64,000 bases of DNA from Pristiophorus japonicus (lineage: Eukaryota), in NCBI RefSeq assembly GCF_044704955.1, contig NC_091977.1:321160001-321224000 (forward strand). Direction: 5' to 3'. The notes under the pieces were generated by a model, which searched no databases, had not been told where the DNA came from, and saw only the letters and a program-made list of their open reading frames with translations. The translations under genes and the position numbers were made by a program. Shown here in pieces: positions 61,963-64,000 of this stretch (position 1 is its first letter; the number at the start of each line of letters is the position of its first letter).

Positions 61963-62250
61963 CACAACAACAAAACTTGCATTTATATAGTGCCCTTAAT
62001 GGAGTAAACGCCCTAAGGCGCTTCACAGGAGCGTTATCTAACAAAATTTGACATCGAGCCACACAGGGAGATATTCGGACAGGAAACTTGGTCAAAGAGC
62101 CAGGTTTTAAGGAGCGTCTTGAGGGGCGGAGAGATTTAGGGGGGGAATTCCAGAGCTTAGGGCCGAGGCAGCTGAAGTCAAAGCCACCAATGGCGGAATG
62201 ATGGAAATCGGGGATGGGCAAGAGGCCAGAATTGGAGGAAAGCAAAGAGA
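61963..62250 (-). mobile_element. L2 LINE 3' end
   Basis: caacaacaaaacttgcatttatatag tail; FSCLGPKLWNS. Confidence 0.8.
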
Positions 62251-63212
62251 TAGGGAAGGGAGAGGCCAATGTACCAACATCTTCACAGGTATTACAGCCT
62301 CAAGAAAATTTCTTGTTACAACACTGAATTTATTTTGGTATTAAAGAGAAAGGGAAATTGATTTCAATATCCTGCCCGACCTCAAAATGAAGGACCAGTA
62401 GAGTCTTATAAAATAGGTCGTTGCTTCTCACACAGGGCATTCTGTGAGAGGGTGTAGAAACACATTTCAGACATATGCCATGGTGCACGTGATTAGGTAA
62501 TTGAGAGACCATCAATTAGAGATAAGAAATTACTATCTTGAGTAAAGCTCCGCCGAAAGACCCATCGCTCCTCTCACATCTGTCGCAATTCAATCATCAG
62601 TGGTTGCTTAAAAATTAACCCAGTTTGATCAAAGTTCTGGTGAGTCTTGCCCTTGCTGTGCACCGCGTTATATTGTCGAGCACAATCTTACTGCCCTGGC
62701 TACCAAAATAACACGTCAAAAGTAGGATTATGGAGAAAAAAGTACATACTAAAGATTAACCAGATGTATCAGTGAGTCAATCATAAATAGAAAACATTAG
62801 TTGCTCGCCAAATTATCTTGTTGATGGTGTTCCAAAATGTCATGAGAATTTTTTTTATCTAACAGTTTGATTCATCCTTAAAATACCATTAGTGACCCTC
62901 TCTCTTTAATCTCATCAATCCACATTAAAATCAAACTGAGGTCCCAAAGCTGGAAAAAGAAACACACATTCTAACGCACTTTACAAAGTTCTCATTAAGT
63001 ATAAATCATGCCTGGGAAGAGAAATAACCTGCGGTGCCGAGAGTGCTCAACTACTAGCCAGAAGGTTTGAACTTTGAATCGCAAGGCTGCCAGCCAATCA
63101 AGTGCACTTGCTTAAATCGGGTGGCTTTCTCACCCTCCCAATTGTTTGGTGGGAGCATAGGTGGAATGCAGCGCAGGTGGAATGCAGCATAGAAGCAAGA
63201 TGATCCATCTCC

Positions 63213-63240
63213 GGGGTCAGGGGTCGGGGGTCAGGGGTCA
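63213..63240 (+). promoter_or_regulatory. Four tandem GGGTC(A/G) half-sites at DR1 spacing
   Basis: ggggtca ggggtcg ggggtca ggggtca. Motif only. Confidence 0.35.
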
Positions 63241-63477
63241 GGAGCAGAAAAGATGGGCTGACCTCATTACAGCAATATTCATTACAGTCAAAACTGACTG
63301 GTTGGGAATAGATTTGGTAAAATTCAACTCATTGATCCACAAAATATTGATGCTAATTTTACATGAAGTTTACTTGAAGTGACATTGATAATTCAAAGAG
63401 TAGTCAAAGAGCAGAGGGGATATTTATCACTACATGTGTCAGCATGGCTCATTTGGTAACACTCCTGCCTGAGTCAG

Positions 63478-63740
63478 AAAAACTTGCATTTACAACGTGC
63501 ATTTAGTGACCTCAGGATGTCCCAAGATGTTTCACAGTCAAGTGAGTATTGTCGAAGCGTAGTCACTGTTGTAATGTAAGGAAATTCAGCAATCAATTTG
63601 CGCACAGCAAGTTCCTTCAGACGGTGGGATAAATGACAAGAAAATCTATTTTAGTGATGTTGGTTAAAGGAAATATGTTGACCAGTATGCTGGGAGAAGT
63701 CCCTTACTCTTCTTTGAATAGTGCCATAGGACTTTTTAAC
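63478..63740 (-). mobile_element. Deu-domain SINE fragment
   Basis: gacctcaggatgtcccaag..aatttgcgcacagcaag..aatagtgccatagga matches the 40368 copy. Confidence 0.72.
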
Positions 63741-64000
63741 AAGCTTGCACGAGAAGATACAAAACATATGCAGAGCGATATTGGTATTTCAGCTAATTTG
63801 CTTGGAGTCAAAAGGCTTAAAGGTGCTTTCAAATTCATATTTACTAATTGAGTATAGACAAAAGTTAGCCATGAAAAGTTTCAAAGTCCAAAAACAGACA
63901 ATTTAGGTCAACCCTTAAACTATATTTGTGCATTACTTCCCACATTAACACAAAACATAATGGGGCACAGCTATCTACATGTTTTCAATCAAGCATGCAT

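Noticed and set aside
39812-64000. ZNF407 first exon and promoter
   Set aside because: No non-TE CpG island or convincing exon seen; it probably lies beyond the right edge or cannot be recognised without transcript data.

Overview
Eukaryotic (vertebrate) DNA. The repeat complement (CR1, RTE, L2, Deu-domain SINE, Harbinger MITEs) points to a cartilaginous fish, probably a shark; this is inference. The only host gene supported is ZNF407 on the minus strand: a giant first coding exon (acceptor at 39811, ATG at 39727, donor at 34252, about 1825 codons), a 32.6-kb intron, and a 115-nt exon at 1554-1668. The gene continues beyond the left edge, and no promoter or first exon is recognisable in 39812-64000. 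The rest is intronic or upstream DNA packed with decayed transposons. These include a near-full-length CR1 nested in an RTE and itself carrying an RTE, a two-gene PIF/Harbinger element (transposase plus Myb/SANT partner), related MITEs, L2 tails and SINEs. There is also a 1.2-kb G-rich repeat. No prokaryotic-type system (CRISPR, operon) is present, and I cannot support a wholly new biological system. The best leads are: (1) a MITE-borne, frame-preserving 42-nt cryptic exon that would lengthen a ZNF407 zinc-finger linker; (2) three independent insertions at or beside the LINE RT [F/Y]ADD motif; (3) an ATF4-like uORF pair at the ZNF407 start; (4) possible extra N-terminal zinc fingers. Repeat boundaries without a stated TSD are approximate.
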